Assembly: GCA_963805975.1 (NCBI GenBank)
Contig: CAWDVR010000001.1
Coordinates: forward strand, 832,001-896,000
DNA from: an uncultured Acidobacteriota bacterium
Lineage (GTDB): Bacteria > Acidobacteriota > Thermoanaerobaculia > Multivoradales > SZUA-115
DNA length: 64,000 nt
Direction of reading: 5' to 3'
Below are positions 56,626-64,000 of the stretch, in pieces. Made by a program: the position numbers and the translations under genes. The stretch's first letter is position 1. The number at the start of each line of letters is the position of its first letter. The notes beneath the pieces were generated by a model, which was not told where the DNA came from, made no database searches, and saw nothing but the letters and a program-made list of their open reading frames with translations.

Positions 56626-58766
56626 GGGCCTCTCCCGCAGGTCCCGCCCGCCGCCCGGCGGCGCCCCCGCGTTCCGCCAAGTCTCTGCGCCTCGACACCC
56701 CGCTCGCCGGCGCCCCGGGTATCGGCCCGGTGCGGGCGCGCCAGCTCGCCGAGGCCGGCTTCGAGACGGTGGGCGACCTGCTGCTGCACCTTCCCTCCCG
56801 CTACGAGGACCGCCGTGCGATCACTGCCGTGGCCCGGGCGGCTCCCGGCGCCGCGACCTTCTGTGGACGCCTGGTGGGGCTCACCGCCGTGCGCATGCGC
56901 CGGCGGGGCTTCTCGCTGGTGCGCGGCTTCCTGGTCGACGAGAGCGGGCGCCTGCCGGTGCTGTGGTTCAACCGCCCCTACCTGGCACAGCAGGTCCGCG
57001 AGGGAGAGGACTACCTGCTGCACGGCGAGGTGAGAGCGAGCGAAGGGAAATCGGGCAAGACGGGCCGGCTCGAGCTGTCGAACCCGAGCTGCGAGCTGGC
57101 GGCCGACGCGCTGCACGGCGGGCGCGTGGTGCCGGTCTACCCGCAGGCGGGAGGGCTGGGGCCGGCGCTCTTCCGGCGCCTCGCGGCCGGGCTCTTCGCC
57201 GGCCGGCTGCCGCTCGATCTCTCTCCCGACCCGCTGGCACATGGCCTCGCCGCAGCCCACGGCCTGCCGCCGCTCCAGGGGGCCTTGCTCGACCTCCACC
57301 GCCCGGGCGAGGACAGCGACGTCGAGGCGCTCAACCGCCATGCGAGCCCGGCGCACGCGCGCCTGGTCTACGGTGAGCTCCTGGAGCTGCAGCTCGAGCT
57401 GGCGGCGCTCCGGGCCCGCCAGGTGGACGAGCCGAAGCGCCACGCCTACCGGATCGACGACCGGGTGCGGCAGGTGGCGCGCGAGGTGCTGCCGTTCCGC
57501 CTGACCGCGGCGCAGAAGAAGGTGCTCAAGGAGATCGTCGACGACCTCCGCAGCCCGCAGCCGATGCTGCGTCTGCTGCAGGGCGACGTCGGCAGCGGCA
57601 AGACCATCGTGGCGGCGATCGCGCTGGTGGTGGCGCTCGAGAGCGGGCTCCAGGGTGCGCTGATGGCGCCCACCGAGCTCCTCGCCGAGCAGCACTTCCG
57701 CACCCTCGAGCGCTGGCTCGGGGGCCGCTATCGGCTGGCGCTCCTCACCGGCAGCGCGGCCCGCGCGGGTCTGGCGCAGGCGGTGGCGAGCGGCGAGGTG
57801 CAGCTCGTGGTGGGCACGCAGGCGCTCATTCAGCACGGCCTGGAGTTCCACCGGCTGGGGCTGGCGGTGGTGGACGAGCAGCACCGCTTCGGCGTGGCGC
57901 AGCGCGGGCTCCTGCAGGCCAAGGGAGACCGGCCCGATCTGCTGGTGATGACCGCGACGCCGATCCCGCGCTCGCTGGCGCTCACCGCCTACGGTGACCT
58001 CGAGCTCTCGCTCCTCGACGAGCTGCCGCCGGGTCGCCTGCCGGTGGCGACGGAAGTGGTGCCGGCCGAGCGCCGTGCCGAGGTCTACGCGCGGCTGGCC
58101 GAGGAGCTGGGCCGCGGCGCTCAAGCCTACGTGGTGTTCCCGTTGATCGAGCACAGCGAGGCAGCCGGCGCGGCCTCGCTCGCGGCGCTCGGCGAGAGCG
58201 TGCGCGGCCTGCTGGCCGGTCACGCCTGCGCCGTGGTGCACGGGGCGCTCGCGGCCGGCGAGCGGGAGCGGGCGCTCGCCGCCTTTGCCGCCGGCGAGGT
58301 GCGGGTGCTGCTCGCCACCACGGTGATCGAGGTCGGGCTGGACGTGCCGGCGGCCACGGTGATGGTGATCGAGGGTGCCGAGCGCTTCGGGCTGGCGCAG
58401 CTCCACCAGTTGCGGGGCCGGGTGGGGCGGGGAGGGGCGGCTTCGCGCTGCGTGGCGGTGCACGGCGAGGCGAGCGACGAGGGGCGGCGGCGGCTGGAGG
58501 TGTTCGCCGCCACCACGGACGGTTTCGCCATCGCCGAGGCGGACCTCTCGATCCGCGGTCCGGGGGACCTCGCGGGCACGCGGCAGACCGGTACCTCCCC
58601 GCTCCTGGTGGCGGACCTGGTGCGCGACCGGGCCTGGCTCGAAAGGGCGCGGGACGACGCCCGGCGCCTGCTGCCGCGGCTGTCGGAGCCGGGCTTCGCC
58701 GCCCTGCGGGAGCGGCTGGAGCGCCGCCTGGCGCGGCGGGAGCGTCAGGATCTGGCGGGTGGGTGA
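56622..58766 (+). CDS. recG: ATP-dependent DNA helicase RecG
   Basis: LQGDVGSGKT, DEQHRFGV, MTATPIPRSL, QLHQLRGRVGRG. Confidence 0.97.
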   Translation: MRASPAGPARRPAAPPRSAKSLRLDTPLAGAPGIGPVRARQLAEAGFETVGDLLLHLPSRYEDRRAITAVARAAPGAATFCGRLVGLTAVRMRRRGFSLVRGFLVDESGRLPVLWFNRPYLAQQVREGEDYLLHGEVRASEGKSGKTGRLELSNPSCELAADALHGGRVVPVYPQAGGLGPALFRRLAAGLFAGRLPLDLSPDPLAHGLAAAHGLPPLQGALLDLHRPGEDSDVEALNRHASPAHARLVYGELLELQLELAALRARQVDEPKRHAYRIDDRVRQVAREVLPFRLTAAQKKVLKEIVDDLRSPQPMLRLLQGDVGSGKTIVAAIALVVALESGLQGALMAPTELLAEQHFRTLERWLGGRYRLALLTGSAARAGLAQAVASGEVQLVVGTQALIQHGLEFHRLGLAVVDEQHRFGVAQRGLLQAKGDRPDLLVMTATPIPRSLALTAYGDLELSLLDELPPGRLPVATEVVPAERRAEVYARLAEELGRGAQAYVVFPLIEHSEAAGAASLAALGESVRGLLAGHACAVVHGALAAGERERALAAFAAGEVRVLLATTVIEVGLDVPAATVMVIEGAERFGLAQLHQLRGRVGRGGAASRCVAVHGEASDEGRRRLEVFAATTDGFAIAEADLSIRGPGDLAGTRQTGTSPLLVADLVRDRAWLERARDDARRLLPRLSEPGFAALRERLERRLARRERQDLAGG

Positions 58767-58806
58767 GGGCTCGATGGCACCACCTCCTTCCGCTACACTT
58801 TCCGAG

Positions 58807-59283
58807 ATGACGCCGATGCTCGGACGATCCATGATCGTGGTCGGGGCGGTAGCTGCGGCCGGCCTCGCGGCGACGGGGCTGGCGGCCTACGCGGGGGCCC
58901 CGATGCAGGTGCACCTGCTGCTCGCGATGAGCTCGTTCTTTCTCCTCGTCCTGGCCCATTCCTGGACGGTCCTCTACCTCTACGGAACGGCGCGTGCCGT
59001 GCGTGCGGTGGTGGGAGCGGAGGGCCTGCCGCCGGACCTGGCGGAGCCCGGGGCCGGGGCCGCCCGGCGGGCCCTGCCGTGGGCGCTGGCGCTCCTCGTC
59101 CTGCTGGCGGTCAACACCTGGGTCGGTGGCAGGCTCTACATCCGGGTCACTCCCGCCTGGGTCCACGCGCTCCTCTCCTGGGGCATGTTCGCGGCCCAGG
59201 CGCTGGCGGTCGCGGCCGAGGCCAGGCTGCTGGCCGCCAACCAGCGCCGCATGGCGGCCGTCAACGCCCTGCTGCGCGCCTGA
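58807..59283 (+). CDS. Four-TM membrane hypothetical protein with His residues
   Basis: Hydrophobic helices carrying VHLLL, LAHS, WVHALL; TACACT 7 nt before ATG. Confidence 0.6.
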   Translation: MTPMLGRSMIVVGAVAAAGLAATGLAAYAGAPMQVHLLLAMSSFFLLVLAHSWTVLYLYGTARAVRAVVGAEGLPPDLAEPGAGAARRALPWALALLVLLAVNTWVGGRLYIRVTPAWVHALLSWGMFAAQALAVAAEARLLAANQRRMAAVNALLRA

Positions 59284-59374
59284 GCCTCGGCCCGGAAGCT
59301 CCAGGAGGGGCGCCTCTGGTGCTATCCTTTGGGGCTCGGTCCCGCCCGGCTCCTGATTCAAGAAACTACTCATC

Positions 59375-60433
59375 ATGACGGCGCCCGAAGCTACGACCCC
59401 CGCTCCCGCGTCCGCCGGCCAGATCGTGCTCTCCGGCATGCGGTCCACGGGGCCCATCCATCTCGGCAACTATTTCGGGGCGGTCAAGAACTGGGTGGAT
59501 CTCCAGGACCGCTACCGCTGCTACTACTTCGCGGCCGACTGGCACGCCCTGACCAGCGAGTATGCCGACCCTTCCAAGGTGGCGCGCCACACGCTCGAGG
59601 CGGTGGCGGACTGGCTGGCCGTCGGGCTCGACCCCGGGCGTTCGACGATCTTCGTGCAGTCCCTGGTGCCACAGCATGCCGAGCTGCACCTGATGTTCTC
59701 GATGATCACCCCGCTCGGCTGGCTGGAGCGCGTGCCCACCTACAAGGAGCAGATCGCCAACATCGAGAACCGCGATCTCTCGACCCACGGCTTCCTGGGC
59801 TACCCCGTGCTGCAGGCCGCGGACATCCTGATCTACCGCGCCGATTTCGTGCCGGTGGGCGAGGACCAGTCGAGCCACCTCGAGCTGACGCGCGAGATCG
59901 GCCGCCGCTTCAACGGCTTCTACGGCAACGTGTTCCCCGAGCCCAAGGCGCTCTTCACCCCGGCGCGCAAGGTGCCGGGGATCGACGGCCGCAAGATGTC
60001 GAAGTCCTACGGCAATGCGATCTACTTCGCGGACTCGCCCGAGGTGGTGCGCAAGAAGTGCATGGAGATGTTCACCGATCCGCAGCGCATCCGGCGCAGC
60101 GACCCCGGCCGGCCGGAGGTCTGCAACCTCTTCGGCTTCCACGGCCTGGTCTCGGCGCCGGGCATCGCGGAACGGGTGGAGCACGAGTGCCGCGCCGCGA
60201 TCATCGGCTGCGTGGACGACAAGAAGCTCCTGGCCGAGCAGATGAACGCCTTCCTGGCGCCCTTCCGCGACCGGCGCGAGGCGCTGCTCGCCGACCCGGA
60301 CACGCTCCTCGACATCATCTACACCGGCTCGCGGCGGGCGGCGGAGCGCGCTGAGGAGACCATGGACCTGGTGCGCGGCGCCATGAACCTCGACTACCGC
60401 CGGCTGGCCGCAGCCGCCAGGGAGGCTCGGTGA
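59375..60433 (+). CDS. trpS: Tryptophan--tRNA ligase
   Basis: HLGNY, ADWHALT, YPVLQAADI, VPVGEDQ, KMSKS. Confidence 0.97.
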   Translation: MTAPEATTPAPASAGQIVLSGMRSTGPIHLGNYFGAVKNWVDLQDRYRCYYFAADWHALTSEYADPSKVARHTLEAVADWLAVGLDPGRSTIFVQSLVPQHAELHLMFSMITPLGWLERVPTYKEQIANIENRDLSTHGFLGYPVLQAADILIYRADFVPVGEDQSSHLELTREIGRRFNGFYGNVFPEPKALFTPARKVPGIDGRKMSKSYGNAIYFADSPEVVRKKCMEMFTDPQRIRRSDPGRPEVCNLFGFHGLVSAPGIAERVEHECRAAIIGCVDDKKLLAEQMNAFLAPFRDRREALLADPDTLLDIIYTGSRRAAERAEETMDLVRGAMNLDYRRLAAAAREAR

Positions 60434-61257
60434 GCCTCATGGGCGAGAGCTCGGGGCCGCGGTCTCCGGGGTTGCCGGCTCCAGGGCTGCTGCCGGAGTC
60501 GTGGCGGGTCCACCTGCCGATCTTCGACGGCCCCCTGGACCTGCTGCTGCACCTGGTCAAGATCAACGAGGTGAAGATCGCGGACATCCCGGTGGCCCGG
60601 GTCTGCGACCAGTTCCACGAGTACCTGATGCTGATGGAGAACCTGAACCTCGACGTCGCCGGCGAGTACATCTACGAGGCGGCTCTCCTGATCCATCTGA
60701 AATCCAAGCTCCTCCTGCCGCGCCGCGAGAGCGAGAGCGACGAGGGCGCCCCCGACCCGCGCCAGGAGCTGGTCGACCGCCTCCTCGAGTACCAGCGCAT
60801 CAAGGAGGCGGCGCAGTCGCTCGCCGAGGTCGACCGCATGCGGCTCGGCATCTGGACGCGCACGCCTGCCGACGTCGCGCCGGCGCTCGAGGACCAGGAG
60901 CTGGACCTCTCCGAGGTCTCGCTCTTCGACCTGCTGGGCGCCTTCCGCCAGGCCTTGTCGCGTTACGACCGCGAGCACCCGCCGGCCATGGTGCTCGCCG
61001 CCGAGGTGTTCACCGTGCGCCAGCAGCTCGACCGCCTGCTCGCGGCGCTCGACGCCGGCGCCGGCCGTCCCTACGATCTGCTGGCCGACCTGCGCACGCT
61101 CTCTTGCCGGGCCGAAGCGGTGGCGGCGTTCCTGGCGGTGCTCGAGCTGGCCCGCCTCTCCCTGGTGCGCCTGCACCAGGCGGCGGCGGGAGAGATCGTG
61201 CTCTACCGCACCACGCGCCGGCTTTCCGACGAAGAGCTGGAGACCATCCAGGGATGA
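60430..61257 (+). CDS. scpA: Segregation/condensation protein A
   Basis: FDGPLDLLLHLV, KSKLLLP, FLAVLEL. Confidence 0.94.
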   Translation: MSLMGESSGPRSPGLPAPGLLPESWRVHLPIFDGPLDLLLHLVKINEVKIADIPVARVCDQFHEYLMLMENLNLDVAGEYIYEAALLIHLKSKLLLPRRESESDEGAPDPRQELVDRLLEYQRIKEAAQSLAEVDRMRLGIWTRTPADVAPALEDQELDLSEVSLFDLLGAFRQALSRYDREHPPAMVLAAEVFTVRQQLDRLLAALDAGAGRPYDLLADLRTLSCRAEAVAAFLAVLELARLSLVRLHQAAAGEIVLYRTTRRLSDEELETIQG

Positions 61258-62009
61258 GCGGCGAGAGCCCGACCCCCGGCAACCTGACGCCGAGGAGCGA
61301 GATGGAGGCGGCGCTCGAGGCCATCCTCTTCGCCTCCTCCGAGCCGGTGTCGCGCGACAAGCTCCTCGAGCTCTTCGCCGACGAAGAGCGACCGGAGGCG
61401 GCGGTGGCGCTCGAGACGGTGCTGGCGCGCTACGCCGCGGACGAGGGCCGCGGGGTGATGGTGGACGAGGTGGCCGGGGGCGTGCGGCTGGTGACCCGCC
61501 CGGAGCTCGGTGGCTGGCTGCGGCGGTTCTTCGACGTGCGGGGCGGCAACAAGCTGTCGATGGCGGCGCTCGAAACACTCGCCATCGTCGCCTACCGGCA
61601 GCCGGTCACCGGCCCGGAGATCCAGGAGCTGCGGAGCGTCAACCCCTCCGGGGTGCTCAAGACCCTGCTCGAGCGCCACCTGGTGAAGATCGCCGGCCGC
61701 AAGGCGGTGGTGGGCAACCCCTTCCTCTACCGCACCACGCGCGAGTTCCTGGTTCACTTCGGCCTCGGCTCGCTCAAGGAGCTGCCGCCGCTCGAAGAGT
61801 TCGAGGAGGCGTTCGGTGAGGGCGGGAGCGGCGCGGTGACGGGCTCCGGCTTCGCGGCCGGCGCCGAGGCGCTGGACGAGCTGGAGCAGGCCGCAACGGG
61901 CGGCCCCGAGGCGCCGGCAGGGGAGGACCGCGAGGAGGCGATCCTCCGCCAGGCAGCCGACCTCGAAGCGGAAGAAGAAGAGCTGGCCGTCGAGGTGGAG
62001 AGCCGATGA
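61254..62009 (+). CDS. scpB: Segregation/condensation protein B
   Basis: LEAILFAS, AALETLAIVAYRQPVT, LYRTTREFLVHFGL..L.ELP. Confidence 0.94.
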   Translation: MSGESPTPGNLTPRSEMEAALEAILFASSEPVSRDKLLELFADEERPEAAVALETVLARYAADEGRGVMVDEVAGGVRLVTRPELGGWLRRFFDVRGGNKLSMAALETLAIVAYRQPVTGPEIQELRSVNPSGVLKTLLERHLVKIAGRKAVVGNPFLYRTTREFLVHFGLGSLKELPPLEEFEEAFGEGGSGAVTGSGFAAGAEALDELEQAATGGPEAPAGEDREEAILRQAADLEAEEEELAVEVESR

Positions 62010-63067
62010 GCGACCGAACCTCGAGAGGCGCCCCGGCGGGGCGCGCCCCCGCGAAGGGCAGCCCCAAGAAGAACGCCCCCAAGAAGAATGCCCCCGGGAA
62101 GAGCCCCGCGAAGACCGGTCCCGTGAAGTCCGGCCCCGAGCAGGGCGAGCGGCTGCAGAAGATCCTGGCGCGGGCGGGCATCGCCGCGCGGCGCAAGATC
62201 GAGGAGCTGATCCGCGAAGGCCGGGTGACGGTGAACGGCGCCCTGGCCGAGCTCGGGACCAAAGCCGACCCCGCGCGCGACGCCATCAAGGTGGACGGCA
62301 AGCGCGTGCAGACGCAGGCCGCGGAGCAGGTCTACCTGCTGCTCAACAAGCCGCGGGGCGTGATGTCCACCGCCGCCGACCCCGAGGGCCGGCGCACCGT
62401 GCTCGACCTGGTGCCGGTGACCTTCCGCAAGGCGCTGGTGCCGGTGGGGCGGCTCGACTTCAACACCGAGGGCCTGCTGCTGCTGACCAACGACGGCGAG
62501 TTCGCGCACCACGTCTCTCATCCCCGCTACGGCTGCACGAAGACCTACGAGCTGAAGGTGGCCGGCGAGCCCGAGGAGCGCGACCTCGACCGGCTGCGGG
62601 CCGGCGTGGTGCTCGAAGGCAAGCGGACCGCGCCGGCGCGCATCGAGGCGCGCAAGGCGCCCGCCGCTCCGCGCGCCGGCAGCGGCGAGAACAGTTGGTG
62701 GACGGTGGTGCTCTCCGAGGGTCGCACGCGGCAGATCCGCGACATGTTCGCGCGCATCGGTCACCCGGTGCAGAAGCTGCGGCGGGTGGCGATCGGCCCG
62801 CTCTCCGACCGCGCCCTGCCGGTGGGTGCGCTCCGCGAGCTGACGGCCTCCGAGGTGGAGCGCCTGCGGCGCAGCACGCGCCACCCGAAAGCGCGACCGC
62901 CCCGCCCGCCTCGTGCCACGTCGTCCTCGCCGGCGCCGCCTCGCGAAAATCCGCCCCGAGAGAAGCCAGCTCGCGGGAAGGTTCTTCGCGAGAAGGCACC
63001 TCGTGAGCAGGCGCCTCGCGACAAGGCGAGAACTTCCACCGCTCCACGCGCTCGCAAGGCGCGCTGA
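62006..63067 (+). CDS. rluB: 23S rRNA pseudouridine synthase, RsuA/RluB family
   Basis: ERLQKILARAG, NKPRG, VGRLDFNTEGLLLLTNDG, EGRTRQIR; follows scpAB. Confidence 0.9.
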   Translation: MSDRTSRGAPAGRAPAKGSPKKNAPKKNAPGKSPAKTGPVKSGPEQGERLQKILARAGIAARRKIEELIREGRVTVNGALAELGTKADPARDAIKVDGKRVQTQAAEQVYLLLNKPRGVMSTAADPEGRRTVLDLVPVTFRKALVPVGRLDFNTEGLLLLTNDGEFAHHVSHPRYGCTKTYELKVAGEPEERDLDRLRAGVVLEGKRTAPARIEARKAPAAPRAGSGENSWWTVVLSEGRTRQIRDMFARIGHPVQKLRRVAIGPLSDRALPVGALRELTASEVERLRRSTRHPKARPPRPPRATSSSPAPPRENPPREKPARGKVLREKAPREQAPRDKARTSTAPRARKAR

Positions 63068-63081
63068 CCCGCTCCACGACC

Positions 63082-64000
63082 GTGCGCACCCAGTTCGAGG
63101 CACCGGAGCACGTCCGCCGCCTGCGGCCCTATCGGCCGGGGCTGCCGATGGACGTGCTCGCCCGCGAGCTGGGCGTCGCCTCGATCTGCCAGCTCGCCTC
63201 GAACGAGAACACGGCGGGGCCGTCGCCCAAGGTGGCGGCGGCGATCCTCGCGGCGAGCGGCTCGATCCACTTCTATCCGGACGCCGGCGGCCTCCACCTC
63301 AAGGAGCGGCTGGCGGCTCTCCACGGCGTGGGCCGCGACCAGATCGTGCTCGGCAACGGCTCGGGCGAGCTGGTGGACCTGGTCTGCCGCGCCCTGGTCG
63401 CACCCGGCGAGCGGGTGGTGATGTCGCGCCTCGGCTTCGTGCAGTATCGCCTCTCGGCCCTGGCCGCCAATGCCGAGCTGATCGAGGTCGATCCGCTGCC
63501 CGGGACGCGTGCCGACGACCCCGAGGCCCTGGCGCGCGCCAGCCACGGCGCCAAGGTGGTGTTCATCGCCAACCCCAACAACCCCACCGGCACCTACTGG
63601 ACGCGCGCCGAGCTCGATCGCTACTTCGAAGCGGTGAACCCGGCGGCGCTGACAGTGATCGACCAGGCCTACTTCGAGTATGTCGAGGCGCCGGGCTACC
63701 CGGACGGCCTGGACGATCTCGCGGCCGGCCGCGAGGTACTGGTGCTGCGCACCTTCTCCAAGATCCACGGCCTCGCCGGCCTGCGCATCGGCTACGGGCT
63801 CGGCACGGCGGAGCGCATCGAGGACCTGGAGCGGGTACGGGCGCCGTTCAATACCAACGCCATCGCCCAGGTCGCGGCCCTGGCGGCCCTCGATGACGAG
63901 GAGCAGGTGGCCGCCACCCGGCGGCGCAATACCGTGGAGCGCGAGCACCTGAGCAGAGAGCTCGCCCAGCGCGGCGCCGTGCTCACCCCCGCGGTTGCCA
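63082..64000 (+). CDS. hisC: Histidinol-phosphate aminotransferase (runs off the window)
   Basis: Not in the track; manual translation gives LASNEN, GNGSGE, ANPNNPTG, DQAYFEY, RTFSKIHGLAGLRIGY. Confidence 0.92.
   Translation, partial: MRTQFEAPEHVRRLRPYRPGLPMDVLARELGVASICQLASNENTAGPSPKVAAAILAASGSIHFYPDAGGLHLKERLAALHGVGRDQIVLGNGSGELVDLVCRALVAPGERVVMSRLGFVQYRLSALAANAELIEVDPLPGTRADDPEALARASHGAKVVFIANPNNPTGTYWTRAELDRYFEAVNPAALTVIDQAYFEYVEAPGYPDGLDDLAAGREVLVLRTFSKIHGLAGLRIGYGLGTAERIEDLERVRAPFNTNAIAQVAALAALDDEEQVAATRRRNTVEREHLSRELAQRGAVLTPAVA

Overview
High-GC bacterial chromosome segment. An ADOP-type permease, TonB-C proteins and a matrixin pair suggest Acidobacteriota, possibly Thermoanaerobaculia (inference). 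Roughly 1-14.4 kb is an accessory cluster of secreted or periplasmic proteins: an NHL propeller, a TonB-C protein, three paralogous Cys/His-motif barrel-like proteins, an ADOP permease, a PQQ-like propeller lipoprotein, a MauG/BthA-type diheme enzyme fused to NHL repeats, an acyltransferase, a VOC protein and an AraC regulator. A second accessory stretch (24-33 kb) holds a 7-repeat FG-GAP-like propeller, a matrixin pair, a sulfatase-like lipoprotein, a GT14 glycosyltransferase and a membrane-anchored iodothyronine-deiodinase-like gene. That gene has an in-frame UGA at the catalytic position followed by a SECIS-like hairpin, so it is a probable selenoprotein that the ORF track splits in two. 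The rest is housekeeping: ferritin, pssA/psd, tsaB/rimI/mutS/nagZ, ssb, dtd, HU, spoVG, tRNA-Gln, prs-rplY-pth, rpsF-rpsR-rplI, PBP1A, uvrBC, rnpB, recG, trpS, scpAB, rluB and hisC. About ten genes have a TANNNT box 6-10 nt before the start codon and no SD, suggesting frequent leaderless transcription. No CRISPR array, rRNA or intact mobile element was seen. All calls come from reading motifs by eye; no database searches were run.
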